Below, one piece after another: positions 33,008 to 41,871 of a DNA stretch of 64,000 bases (position 1 is its first letter; every line of letters starts with the position of its first letter). This DNA comes from Catenuloplanes sp. NPDC051500 (GTDB lineage Bacteria > Actinomycetota > Actinomycetes > Mycobacteriales > Micromonosporaceae). The stretch covers positions 240,766 to 304,765 of the forward strand of contig NZ_JBITDX010000004.1 of NCBI RefSeq assembly GCF_044454585.1. Reading direction: 5' to 3'. The notes beneath the pieces are model-generated. The model worked only from the letters and a program-made list of their open reading frames with translations. It was not told the DNA's origin and did no database searches. The position numbers and the translations under genes are program-made.

Positions 33008-36000
33008 CCGAGAACCTCGACGCCGGCACCTATGAGGTGCTCCGCGGCCGGCTCGCCGAGCAGGCCGCGGAGTTGGCCCGCCGCGCCGAACGTCTCAACG
33101 TCAAGCGCGCGGAGACGTTCGGCGGCGCGGAACTGCGCCTGCTCGGCACCGAGCGGATCCGGACCGAGAACAACTGCGTGCCGCGCGACATCGTGTCCGT
33201 CGGCGGGCTGATGCTCTTCGGCTACAACGTCTTCATCGGCCTGAAGTCGGAGACGTCGATCGACGACGTCTTCGCGTTGCACGGCTTCGTCCGTACCCCC
33301 GATGCCTTCAGGTTTGATGAGCCGGGCCCGGTGCCGGGGTTGCTCGACGACGAGCGGTTCCAGCGGGACTTCGCGGAGCTGTACAAGTACTACCGGCAGA
33401 CGAAGCTGATGCAGCTGCGCCGGATGGAGGGGCGGCTGCTGGCCGTCTTCCAGACCGGCGCCCGGGCGGACGATCTGCGCGTGCTGCGCTGGCAGACCGC
33501 GCCGGACGGCACCGTCTCCTATCTGGACAACCGGGGCGAGCGCGAGCACGTGTTCCCGCCCGCGCACGACTTCGAGTGGACCGAGACCGGGCGTGACCAG
33601 CACGTTCTCGGCCGGCACCCGCACATCTCGATCGAGGACCAGGTCTTCGTCGAGACGGTCGGCGGCACGCTGACCATCAAGGTGGAGAACAACACCGAGG
33701 ACGGCGAGGGGATCTACGGCGAGCCGGTCGACGAGCCGCTGCAGAGCCTCGCGGACGCGGAGATCGCCTACGCCCGGGTCGGCACGCTGATCCTGCTCAA
33801 GATCCTGCCGTACAAGGAGACGGTCCACAGGTACCTGGTCTTCAACATCCGGACCCGGACCGTGGTCCGGCTGGACGGCATCGGGCAGGCCTGCCAGCGC
33901 CTGCCCGAGGACCAGGGCCTGATCTTCCCGGGCGGTTACTACCTGGACACCGGCATCGTGAAGACGTTCGACACGGACGTGGCGGGGCTGGAGTTCGAGA
34001 AGGTCATCCGGTCCCCGAACGGCGAGGACGTGCTCTACGTCTTCCACGCCCGGGACGAGGGCCGTTACCTGCTGCTGCCGTACAACCTGATCCGCAAGGA
34101 GGTCGCGAACCCGTTCACCTGCCACGGGTACTCGCTCTTCGACGACGGCACGCTCATCGTCTTCCGCGCGGTGTCCGACGAGCCGACCCGGGTGCACCCG
34201 GTGCAGGTGTGGCAGACGCCGTTCCTGTCCGACACGTTCGCGGCCGCCCAGCCGGCCGGCGAGGGCACGCTGGCCCGGATCGGCAACGCGGAGCTGGTCC
34301 GCGGCATCTCCGAGGCGGTCTCGGTCGCCCGGATGGTCGGCGAGATGAGCCCGTCGCAGGCCGTCTACGAGGGACTTATCGCGGCCTGCACACGCGCGTT
34401 CGACAACTACCACTGGCTGGGCGAGGCCGAGCTCGGCGACCTGCGCACGCCGCTGTCCGAGGTGCGGGCCACCGCAGCGCAGGTGCTCGACGAATTCGAG
34501 AAGGTCCAGGCGCTCACCGCGCAGGCCGCGACCGCGCTCGGCACCGCGTCGTCCGAGGTCAACGCCATGATCCGGCGATCCCGGGGTGAGACGCCGACCT
34601 CCACGTCGGAGTGGGTCACACGACTGGCCGCGCTGCGTGCGGCACAGGGACGGCTCGGCTCGCTCCGTGAGGTGCGCTATGTGGATCTCGCGGCGCTGGA
34701 GACGGTGTTGAACGATCTCCAGGCGGAGACCGGATCGTTCGCCAAACGGGCCGTCACCTTCCTGAGCGACGCCGACGCGTTCACGTCGTACCACGTCACT
34801 GTCGCCGAACTTGAGGCCGACGCGGGCACCATCGAGACGGTGGCGTCCTCGGCCGCGGTCCAGGAGCGGATCGACACGCAGGCCACCGGCCTGCAGACGG
34901 TCACCGAGGTGGTCGGCTCGCTGGACATCGCGGACGCGACCGTCCGGGTCGGAATCCTGGAGCGGGTCGGCGAGGTCCTCGGCGGCCTCAACCGGGCCCG
35001 TGCGGTCCTTGACGGCCGCCGCCGCGCGCTGCTCGACCGGGAGGGGCGGGCCGAGTTCGCCGCCGAGTTCGCGCTGCTCGGGGCGGCAATCACCGGCGCG
35101 CTCGCGGTCGCGGACACGCCTGAGACGTGCGACGAGCAGCTCGGCCGGCTGATGCTTCAGCTGGAGAACCTGGAGTCCCGGTTCTCCGACTTCGACGACT
35201 TCCTGGCCCAGCTGTCGACCAAGCGCACCGACGTGTACGAGGCGTTCTCGTCCCGCAAGCAGGCGCTGCTCGACGACCGCTCACGCCGCGCGGACCGGCT
35301 CGTCGACTCCGCCGAGCGGATCCTCGGCAGCGTCGGCCGCCGGGTCGCCACGCTGAGCACGCTCGACGAGGTCAACACGTACTTCGCCACCGACCCGATG
35401 GTCGCCAAGCTGCACTCCGTCGCGGACGAGCTGCGCACCCTCGGCGACAGCGTGCGCGCGGAGGAACTGGCCGGCCGGGTCAAGGCCGCGCGCCAGGAGG
35501 CCGGCCGGTCGCTTCGTGACCGCCTCGACCTGTTCGCGGACGGTGGCGGCACGATCCGGCTCGGCAAGCACCGGTTCGCTGTCAACACCCAGGCCGTGGA
35601 CCTGACCATGGTTCCGCACGACGGCGAGATGACGTTCGCGGTCACTGCCACCGACTTCAGGTCCCCGGTCCGCGACGCCGCGTTCGCGGCCACCCGGCCG
35701 TTCTGGGAGCAGCTGCTCGCCTCCGAGTCCGCGGACGTCTACCGGGCCGAACACCTGGCCGCCACGGTGCTCGCGGCGCGGCCGGCCGACGCCACCGCGG
35801 ACCTCAAGGAGATCGTCCGCCGGGAAGCCGAGACCAGATACGACGAGGGGTACGAGCGGGGCGTCCACGACGTCGACGCCGCGCTGATCCTCGACGCGCT
35901 GCTGCGCCTCCAGGCCGGCGCCGGGCTGCTGCGCTTTCCCGCGGGCGTACGCGCGGCGGCTCAGCTCTTCTGGGCCTTCGGGGTCTCCGAGCCGGACCGG

Positions 36001-37881
36001 GTGGTCTGGACGCGGCGGGCCTCGTCGCTGATCCGCGCCCGCGCCGTGTTCGGTACCGCCGGCCCGGCGCTGCGTGACCTGGCGTCCACGCTCGGCGCCG
36101 CGGCAACTGTCTTCCTCGGCGAGGCCGGGCTGCCGGTCGACGAGCCGGAGCAGGTGGGGGAGTACCTGGTCGAGGAGCTGGCGGGTCAGCCGTTCGGGTT
36201 CGCGACAAGCGCGGATGCTCGTACCCTGCTCGATCGTTTCCGCCGTGCGCTAGGTGGCGCCGCGGCGCCCTCCGGACGCGACTTCGACGAGGATCTGCGT
36301 GCCCTCGACGACCTCGCGGCGCGACACCAGCTGGCATCCGCGTGGCTCGGCGCCTACCTGGCCTCCACCGGGGCCGAGGCGCCGCCTGAGCTGCCCGAGG
36401 CCGTCGCGTTGCTGCTGACCCCGGACCTGCCCAGGCATGACTCGTCCGCGGCGCTCTCGCTCGATGTGAGCGGGCTTCTCGGCGCACACTCGCGGATCAA
36501 GGACCGGACGCTCACCGTGCGGCTGGACGAGTTCCTGCCGCGCACCCGCCGGTTCCGCGAGGAGCGGATGCCCGCCTACCGCGCGTACCAGCGGCAGCGC
36601 AACGCGCTCGCCACGGCCGAGCGGGCCCGGCTGCGCCTGGACGAGTTCACGCCGCGGGTGATGAGCGCGTTCGTCCGCAACCGGCTGCTCGACGAGGTCT
36701 ACCTGCCGCTCATCGGCGACAACCTGGCCCGCCAGCTCGGCGCGGCCGGCGATGCGAAGCGCACCGACCAGATGGGCCTGCTGCTGCTCATCTCGCCGCC
36801 CGGCTACGGCAAAACCACTCTGATGGAGTACGTGGCGAGCCGGCTCGGCCTGGTCTTCGTCAAGGTCAACGGCCCGGCGCTGGGACACGGCGTGACCTCG
36901 CTCGACCCGGCCGAAGCGCCGAACGCGACAGCGCGCCAGGAGGTGGAGAAGATCTCGTTCGCCCTGGAGATGGGCAACAACGTGCTGCTCTACCTGGACG
37001 ACATCCAGCACACCAACCCGGAGCTGCTGCAGAAGTTCATCTCGCTGTGCGACGCGCAACGGCGGATGGAGGGCGTCTGGGACGGTGCCACCCGCACCTA
37101 CGACCTGCGCGGTAAGCGGTTCGCGGTGTGCATGGCCGGCAACCCGTACACCGAGACCGGCACCCGTTTCCGCATCCCGGACATGCTCGCCAACCGGGCC
37201 GACGTGTGGAACCTCGGCGACGTGCTGTCCGGCCGTGATGATCTGTTTGCTCTCAGTTACATCGAGAACGCGCTGACGTCGAACGCGGTGCTGGCGCCGC
37301 TCTCCACCCGTGAGCGCGGCGACATCGAGCTGCTGGTCAGGCTGGCCCGGGGCGACGAGACCGCGCAGGCGGACAAGCTCACCCACCCGTACTCCGCGGT
37401 CGAACTTGACGGCATCCTCGCGGTGCTCCGCAAGCTGCTCCGGGTCCAGGAGGTCGTGCTCACTGTCAACCGCGCCTACATCGCGTCCGCCGCGCAGGCG
37501 GAGGAGTCGCGCACCGAGCCGCCGTTCAAGCTGCAGGGCTCGTACCGCAACATGAACAAACTCGCGGAACGCGTGGTGCCGGTGATGAACGACGCCGAAC
37601 TCGAACTGGCGATCGACGACCACTACCTCGGCGAGGCGCAGACGCTCACCGGCGGCGCGGAGGCCAACCTGCTGAAGCTCGCCGCGCTGCGCGGGCGTCT
37701 CACCGAGGCGCAGGCCGCACGCTGGGAAGAGGTCAAGGCCGGGTTCCTCCGGCAGGCCGCGCTGGGCGGCGCCGGGGACGACCCGATGAGCCGTGCGGTC
37801 GGCGCGGTCGGGCTGCTCGCGGACCGGGTGTCGGAAGCCATCGACCGCGCCGCGGCGGCGACGCGGTCGACGACATCCTGA
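33004..37881 (+). CDS. giant conserved protein (1625 aa) with a C-terminal AAA+ (AAA_5/MoxR-like) ATPase domain
   Basis: Walker A LLLISPPGYGKTTL, Walker B NVLLYLDDIQ, and a sensor-like CMAGNP.TETG. The GTG overlaps the flotillin stop (GTGA). Confidence 0.8.
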   Translation: MTENLDAGTYEVLRGRLAEQAAELARRAERLNVKRAETFGGAELRLLGTERIRTENNCVPRDIVSVGGLMLFGYNVFIGLKSETSIDDVFALHGFVRTPDAFRFDEPGPVPGLLDDERFQRDFAELYKYYRQTKLMQLRRMEGRLLAVFQTGARADDLRVLRWQTAPDGTVSYLDNRGEREHVFPPAHDFEWTETGRDQHVLGRHPHISIEDQVFVETVGGTLTIKVENNTEDGEGIYGEPVDEPLQSLADAEIAYARVGTLILLKILPYKETVHRYLVFNIRTRTVVRLDGIGQACQRLPEDQGLIFPGGYYLDTGIVKTFDTDVAGLEFEKVIRSPNGEDVLYVFHARDEGRYLLLPYNLIRKEVANPFTCHGYSLFDDGTLIVFRAVSDEPTRVHPVQVWQTPFLSDTFAAAQPAGEGTLARIGNAELVRGISEAVSVARMVGEMSPSQAVYEGLIAACTRAFDNYHWLGEAELGDLRTPLSEVRATAAQVLDEFEKVQALTAQAATALGTASSEVNAMIRRSRGETPTSTSEWVTRLAALRAAQGRLGSLREVRYVDLAALETVLNDLQAETGSFAKRAVTFLSDADAFTSYHVTVAELEADAGTIETVASSAAVQERIDTQATGLQTVTEVVGSLDIADATVRVGILERVGEVLGGLNRARAVLDGRRRALLDREGRAEFAAEFALLGAAITGALAVADTPETCDEQLGRLMLQLENLESRFSDFDDFLAQLSTKRTDVYEAFSSRKQALLDDRSRRADRLVDSAERILGSVGRRVATLSTLDEVNTYFATDPMVAKLHSVADELRTLGDSVRAEELAGRVKAARQEAGRSLRDRLDLFADGGGTIRLGKHRFAVNTQAVDLTMVPHDGEMTFAVTATDFRSPVRDAAFAATRPFWEQLLASESADVYRAEHLAATVLAARPADATADLKEIVRREAETRYDEGYERGVHDVDAALILDALLRLQAGAGLLRFPAGVRAAAQLFWAFGVSEPDRVVWTRRASSLIRARAVFGTAGPALRDLASTLGAAATVFLGEAGLPVDEPEQVGEYLVEELAGQPFGFATSADARTLLDRFRRALGGAAAPSGRDFDEDLRALDDLAARHQLASAWLGAYLASTGAEAPPELPEAVALLLTPDLPRHDSSAALSLDVSGLLGAHSRIKDRTLTVRLDEFLPRTRRFREERMPAYRAYQRQRNALATAERARLRLDEFTPRVMSAFVRNRLLDEVYLPLIGDNLARQLGAAGDAKRTDQMGLLLLISPPGYGKTTLMEYVASRLGLVFVKVNGPALGHGVTSLDPAEAPNATARQEVEKISFALEMGNNVLLYLDDIQHTNPELLQKFISLCDAQRRMEGVWDGATRTYDLRGKRFAVCMAGNPYTETGTRFRIPDMLANRADVWNLGDVLSGRDDLFALSYIENALTSNAVLAPLSTRERGDIELLVRLARGDETAQADKLTHPYSAVELDGILAVLRKLLRVQEVVLTVNRAYIASAAQAEESRTEPPFKLQGSYRNMNKLAERVVPVMNDAELELAIDDHYLGEAQTLTGGAEANLLKLAALRGRLTEAQAARWEEVKAGFLRQAALGGAGDDPMSRAVGAVGLLADRVSEAIDRAAAATRSTTS

Positions 37882-37913
37882 GTTACCGAGGGGGTTTCTA
37901 CCTGCTCATTGCG

Positions 37914-37933
37914 GGCGTCGCTGCCACGACGCC
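37914..37933. terminator. hairpin between convergent genes
   Basis: GGCGTCG-ctgcca-CGACGCC. Confidence 0.35.
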
Positions 37934-37939
37934 GGTGTC

Positions 37940-38179
37940 TCAGCTGTGCGTGGGGACGCGCGGCTGAGGCACCTCCAACCAGCTCGGGTTGGAACCCCGC
38001 CAGGCGTTGGCGAGGATCACGGCCGAGGCCTGGCTGGGGCACTCCTGGACCTTGGACTTGCCGGAAGCGCCGCCGATCTGCGCCTCGACCTCCCAGCGCG
38101 CCCCATCCGTCCGGATGAAGACGTCGCGACGACCCTTTGGGGTGCGGTTCCCGTTCCACCAGTGGCATTCGACTCTCAC
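37940..38179 (-). CDS. small hypothetical protein (79 aa, Trp-rich)
   Basis: Third-position GC about 85%, versus mixed for the overlapping + ORF. GTG start with no clear RBS. Confidence 0.3.
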   Translation of the reverse strand: MRVECHWWNGNRTPKGRRDVFIRTDGARWEVEAQIGGASGKSKVQECPSQASAVILANAWRGSNPSWLEVPQPRVPTHS

Positions 38180-38374
38180 TACCGGACCGTACCCCAGGTC
38201 GGGCCTAACCCGAATATTTTGATCTTGATCGGTTCGGTTACGACTTACCGCACGTCAGAAGTGATCTCCCTGGGGAAACGTGGTGTTCGACACCCATAAT
38301 CCGGTGATCACCGAACGGAAACAAAGCTGCTGGACGCTTGCCTTTCCGATCGCACCTTTCGGGGGTAGGGCACC

Positions 38375-39121
38375 GTGGAAATTCTTCTGATGACCGCCAT
38401 CGCCGGCGAGCGCGCCCGACGCGTCCTTCCCGGGCTCGACCTCCTGCCGCACACGCTCCGGGTCGCCCCGCGAGACGTGTCCGCGCTGATCAGCGGTCCG
38501 AACCCGGACATCGTGCTTGTCGACGGCGCGCACGGACTCGGCACCCGCTCCGGCCTCGCCGAGGCCCGCGACACCTGCCGCCTGCTGCGCGCCACAGGCC
38601 TCTCCAGCCCGCTCCTCGCGGTCGTCGACGAAGCCGGCCTCGCCGCCGTCTCCGCCGAGTGGGCGCTCGACGATGTGGTGCTCGCCACGGCCGGCCCCGC
38701 CGAGATCGAGGCCCGGCTCCGGCTCGTCACCGCCCGCCGCACCGCCCAGGCGGCCGGCGCGAACGGCCTCATCACCGCCGGTGAGCTGGTCATCGACCCC
38801 GCCACCTACGCCGCGAAGCTCAAGGCCGCGCCGCTCGACCTCACCTACAAGGAGTTCGAGCTGCTGAAATTCCTCGCGCAGCACCCCGGGCGTGTCTTCA
38901 CGCGCGACCAGCTGCTCCGCGAGGTCTGGGGCTACGACTACTTCGGCGGCCACCGCACCGTCGACGTCCACGTCCGCCGCCTCCGCGCGAAGCTCGGCTC
39001 CGAGTACGAGTCGATGATCGGCACCGTGCGCCAGGTCGGCTACAAGCTGGTCCTCCCGCCCCGCCCGGAGTCGGCTCAGGCCTTCGCCACGGCTGCGGAA
39101 CTGGAGACCATGTTCGCCTGA
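38375..39121 (+). CDS. glnR: atypical OmpR-family response regulator, GlnR-like
   Basis: The receiver lacks the DD pair and the conserved Lys ([12 protein letters not shown]...; ...[19 protein letters not shown]) but keeps LPHTLRVAP and PDIVLVD. C-terminal winged helix ([50 protein letters not shown]). Confidence 0.6.
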   Translation: MEILLMTAIAGERARRVLPGLDLLPHTLRVAPRDVSALISGPNPDIVLVDGAHGLGTRSGLAEARDTCRLLRATGLSSPLLAVVDEAGLAAVSAEWALDDVVLATAGPAEIEARLRLVTARRTAQAAGANGLITAGELVIDPATYAAKLKAAPLDLTYKEFELLKFLAQHPGRVFTRDQLLREVWGYDYFGGHRTVDVHVRRLRAKLGSEYESMIGTVRQVGYKLVLPPRPESAQAFATAAELETMFA

Positions 39122-39206
39122 CCGGCGGATGCACACCCGGCGGGCCCGAGCTGGTCTCGCCGGGTGACAGTTCGACAGACCGGTGATCGTGAAGCACTGC
39201 TCCGGG

Positions 39207-39572
39207 TCAGGAGCGCCCGGCAACCCGCCCGCGCATCCCCGCGATGATCGTGACGCCGACCGTCAGGTGCAGTGCGACCAGGCACAACGCCGACGTACGC
39301 CCGTCCGCGCCCGCCGCCCCGGCCAGCGACACCGCAAGCACCACGACGGCGATCACCGTCCACACCCGCAGCGCCCGGCCGGTGACGCGCGCCAGCAGCG
39401 CCAGCAACCCCCACCCGGCCAGCCCGGCCAGCAGCGCCGTGATCAGGACCGCGACGAGCGTCACCTCGCGTCCGCCGGCGGAGAGCCGCACACCGCCGAG
39501 CCAGTGCATCAGCGCGTACGCCACGCCGCCCGTCACCATCGCCGCCACCGGGACAATCAGCTTCTTCGTCAT
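39207..39572 (-). CDS. small membrane protein, hypothetical (about 121 aa)
   Basis: MTKKLIVPVAAMVTGGVAYALMHWLGG...; 3-4 TM helices. The upstream part of the track ORF is not coding. Confidence 0.5.
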   Translation of the reverse strand: MTKKLIVPVAAMVTGGVAYALMHWLGGVRLSAGGREVTLVAVLITALLAGLAGWGLLALLARVTGRALRVWTVIAVVVLAVSLAGAAGADGRTSALCLVALHLTVGVTIIAGMRGRVAGRS

Positions 39573-39681
39573 GTCGGAAGCGTGCCGCCCGCGTGCCGCC
39601 CACCGCATCCGACCGAGCGCCCGGTCACCTCCTACTTTGGTAGGTGGTGGCCCCGGCCGGCCCGGCGATACGGTCACCACC

Positions 39682-40761
39682 GTGAACCCCCGCCCACTCA
39701 CCGTCGCCACCGCGATCACGGTGCCCGCGGTCGGCGCGATCACGGCGGTCAGTCTGTGGACCGCGGTCGTGGAAGCGTCGCCCGCCCGGATCGCGCTTGA
39801 CGTGGCCACCGCCGTGCTGTCGCTAGCGGTGAGCGCCTGGGTCCTGCGCGCGCCCGCCGCCGGTGGCGTGGCGGCAGGGCTGCTCACCGCGCTGTCACCG
39901 GTCATGACGCCGGTGGCCGGCTTCGCCGTCCTGCACACCGCGCGGGTACGGCCGGTCCGTCAGGCCCTCGCGGTCACGCTGGCCGGAGTCGCCGGACAGG
40001 CCGTGCAAGGGCTCTGGCGACCGGTGGCCGGGCTGGCGTACCCATGGTGGCTGGTGTTGATGGCTCTTGCCTATGCGGCGGTCCTCGGCTGGGGCGTGTG
40101 GGCACAGGCCCGGCGCAACCTGCTCGACGCGTGGCGGGAGCGGGCCCGGCGCGCCGAGGAGGAGCAGTTGCAGCGGGTCGAGGAGGCCCGGCGGGCCGAG
40201 CGCACCCGGATCGCCCGGGAGATGCACGACGTGCTCGCCCACCGGCTGTCGCTGCTCGCGACGTACGCGGGCGCGTTCGAGTACCGGCCGGACGCGCCGC
40301 CGGAGCGGATGACAGCGGCGGCCGGCGTGATCCGGGACAGCGCGCACCGGGCGCTCGACGAACTCCGCCAGGTGATCACGCTGCTGCACCGCGACGACCC
40401 GGCCGGCGACGCGGACGCGCCCACCGCAGCACACGACGCCTCCGACATCCACCGGCTGATCGAGGAGGCCCGCGCGGCAGGGCAGTCGGTGTCGGTGGAC
40501 GGCGCGCCGCCGGACGAGGATCTCGCCTACCGGATCGTCCGGGAGGCGCTTACCAACGCCCGCAAGCACGCGTCCGGCGAACCGGTGCGCCTCACGTTCG
40601 CCGGCACCACGATCACCGTGCGCAACCGGTCCGGCCCGGGCGGCACCCGCGGCGCCGGAACCGGCCTGATCGGCCTGGCCGAACGCGTGACACTTGCCGG
40701 CGGCGCGCTCACCCACGACACCGCGGACGGCGAGTTCCGCCTGACCGCCGAGCTGCCGTGA
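39682..40761 (+). CDS. sensor histidine kinase, HisKA_3/NarL-partner type
   Basis: TM helices, then ERTRIAREMHDVLAHRLS (H-box, HisKA_3) and a C-terminal HATPase. GTG 39682 chosen to avoid overlap with the upstream minus-strand gene. Confidence 0.75.
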   Translation: MNPRPLTVATAITVPAVGAITAVSLWTAVVEASPARIALDVATAVLSLAVSAWVLRAPAAGGVAAGLLTALSPVMTPVAGFAVLHTARVRPVRQALAVTLAGVAGQAVQGLWRPVAGLAYPWWLVLMALAYAAVLGWGVWAQARRNLLDAWRERARRAEEEQLQRVEEARRAERTRIAREMHDVLAHRLSLLATYAGAFEYRPDAPPERMTAAAGVIRDSAHRALDELRQVITLLHRDDPAGDADAPTAAHDASDIHRLIEEARAAGQSVSVDGAPPDEDLAYRIVREALTNARKHASGEPVRLTFAGTTITVRNRSGPGGTRGAGTGLIGLAERVTLAGGALTHDTADGEFRLTAELP

Positions 40762-41408
40762 ACCCCGTTCGCGTGCTCATCGTCGACGACGACCCGCTGG
40801 TCCGCGGCGCGCTCACCATGATGCTCGACGGCGCCGGCGAGATCGTCGTGGTCGGCGAGGCCGCGGACGGCGCCGCCGCGATCACCGCTGTCGACCGGCA
40901 CGCCCCCGACGTGGTCCTGATGGACATCCGCATGCCCGGACTGAGCGGCATCGCGGCCACCAGGCGCCTGCGCGCCCGCCCCCGGCCACCCGAGATCATC
41001 GTGCTCACCACGTTCGACACGGACGACCACATCGTCCGCGCGCTCCGGGCCGGCGCCGGCGGTTTCCTGCTCAAGGACACCCCGCCGGACCGGATCGCCG
41101 CCGCCGTCCGCGCCGCCGCGGCCGGCGAACCAAGCCTCTCCCCGTCCGTCGCCCGCCGCCTGATGCACCAGGTCGCCACCGGCGCCGCCGACTACGAACG
41201 CGCCCGCGCCACCCTCGCCGCCCTCACCCCACGCGAACGCGACGTCGCCCTGGCCATCGCCCACGGCAGCGCCAATGCGGACATCGCCGCCGCCCTCGAC
41301 ATGAGCCTCACCACGGTCAAGGCCCACGTCTCCCACATCCTCACCAAACTCGCCCTCACCAACCGCACCCAGATCGCCCTCCTCGCCCACGACGCCGGCC
41401 TCATCTAG
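40758..41408 (+). CDS. NarL/LuxR-family response regulator
   Basis: VLIVDDDPLVRGAL...VVLMDIRMPGLSG receiver and a LuxR HTH. GTGA overlap with the kinase stop. Confidence 0.85.
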   Translation: MNPVRVLIVDDDPLVRGALTMMLDGAGEIVVVGEAADGAAAITAVDRHAPDVVLMDIRMPGLSGIAATRRLRARPRPPEIIVLTTFDTDDHIVRALRAGAGGFLLKDTPPDRIAAAVRAAAAGEPSLSPSVARRLMHQVATGAADYERARATLAALTPRERDVALAIAHGSANADIAAALDMSLTTVKAHVSHILTKLALTNRTQIALLAHDAGLI

Positions 41409-41455
41409 GCCGTCATCCCGCAGGAGCCGTCATCTCGCAGGATCACAAGCCTTCA

Positions 41456-41815
41456 CGATCAAAAGCTTTCTTCCCGCTCACGCCGTGGTGCGGCCCGCAC
41501 GCTCCCGCGGGCAACGGTCGGCCGCAGGCGGCCTCCCTTCCGGTTCCGCGGTTGGCCACCCCACGAGCCCTCACGCGCCGCGCACGTCCTCCCTGCGGTG
41601 GTGGCGTGGCCCGGCTGACTCGTCGCCAGCAGCCCCGCGGCGGCTCCTCGACAACTGTGTGCGGTGACGGATTGAGCCGCGCCTGTGGGGTTTCGGCCAC
41701 GACGGGACCGGCTCGGAGCGACGTGCGGAGCGCCAGCGGAGCCCGGCGCGACGTTTGCCCGCGGGAGCATGCGGGCCGCACCACCGCGGAAGCGGGAAGA
41801 TCAAGATTTTGATCG
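41456..41815. mobile_element. MITE-like non-autonomous element (about 360 bp) with about 45-bp terminal inverted repeats
   Basis: Left end CGATCAAAAGCTTTCTTCCCGCTCACGCCGTGGTGCGGCCCGCA; the reverse complement of the right end is CGATCAAAATCTTGATCTTCCCGCTTCCGCGGTGGTGCGGCCCGCA. No credible ORF inside. Confidence 0.6.
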
Positions 41816-41871
41816 TCGCCTCGGGGAGGGATGTGCCGCCGACCGGCACGGGGGCTCGTGTGCCGCTGCCG

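Noticed and set aside
36250-37623. 457-aa minus-strand ORF inside the giant AAA+ gene
   Set aside because: Antisense artefact with no motifs and poor composition.
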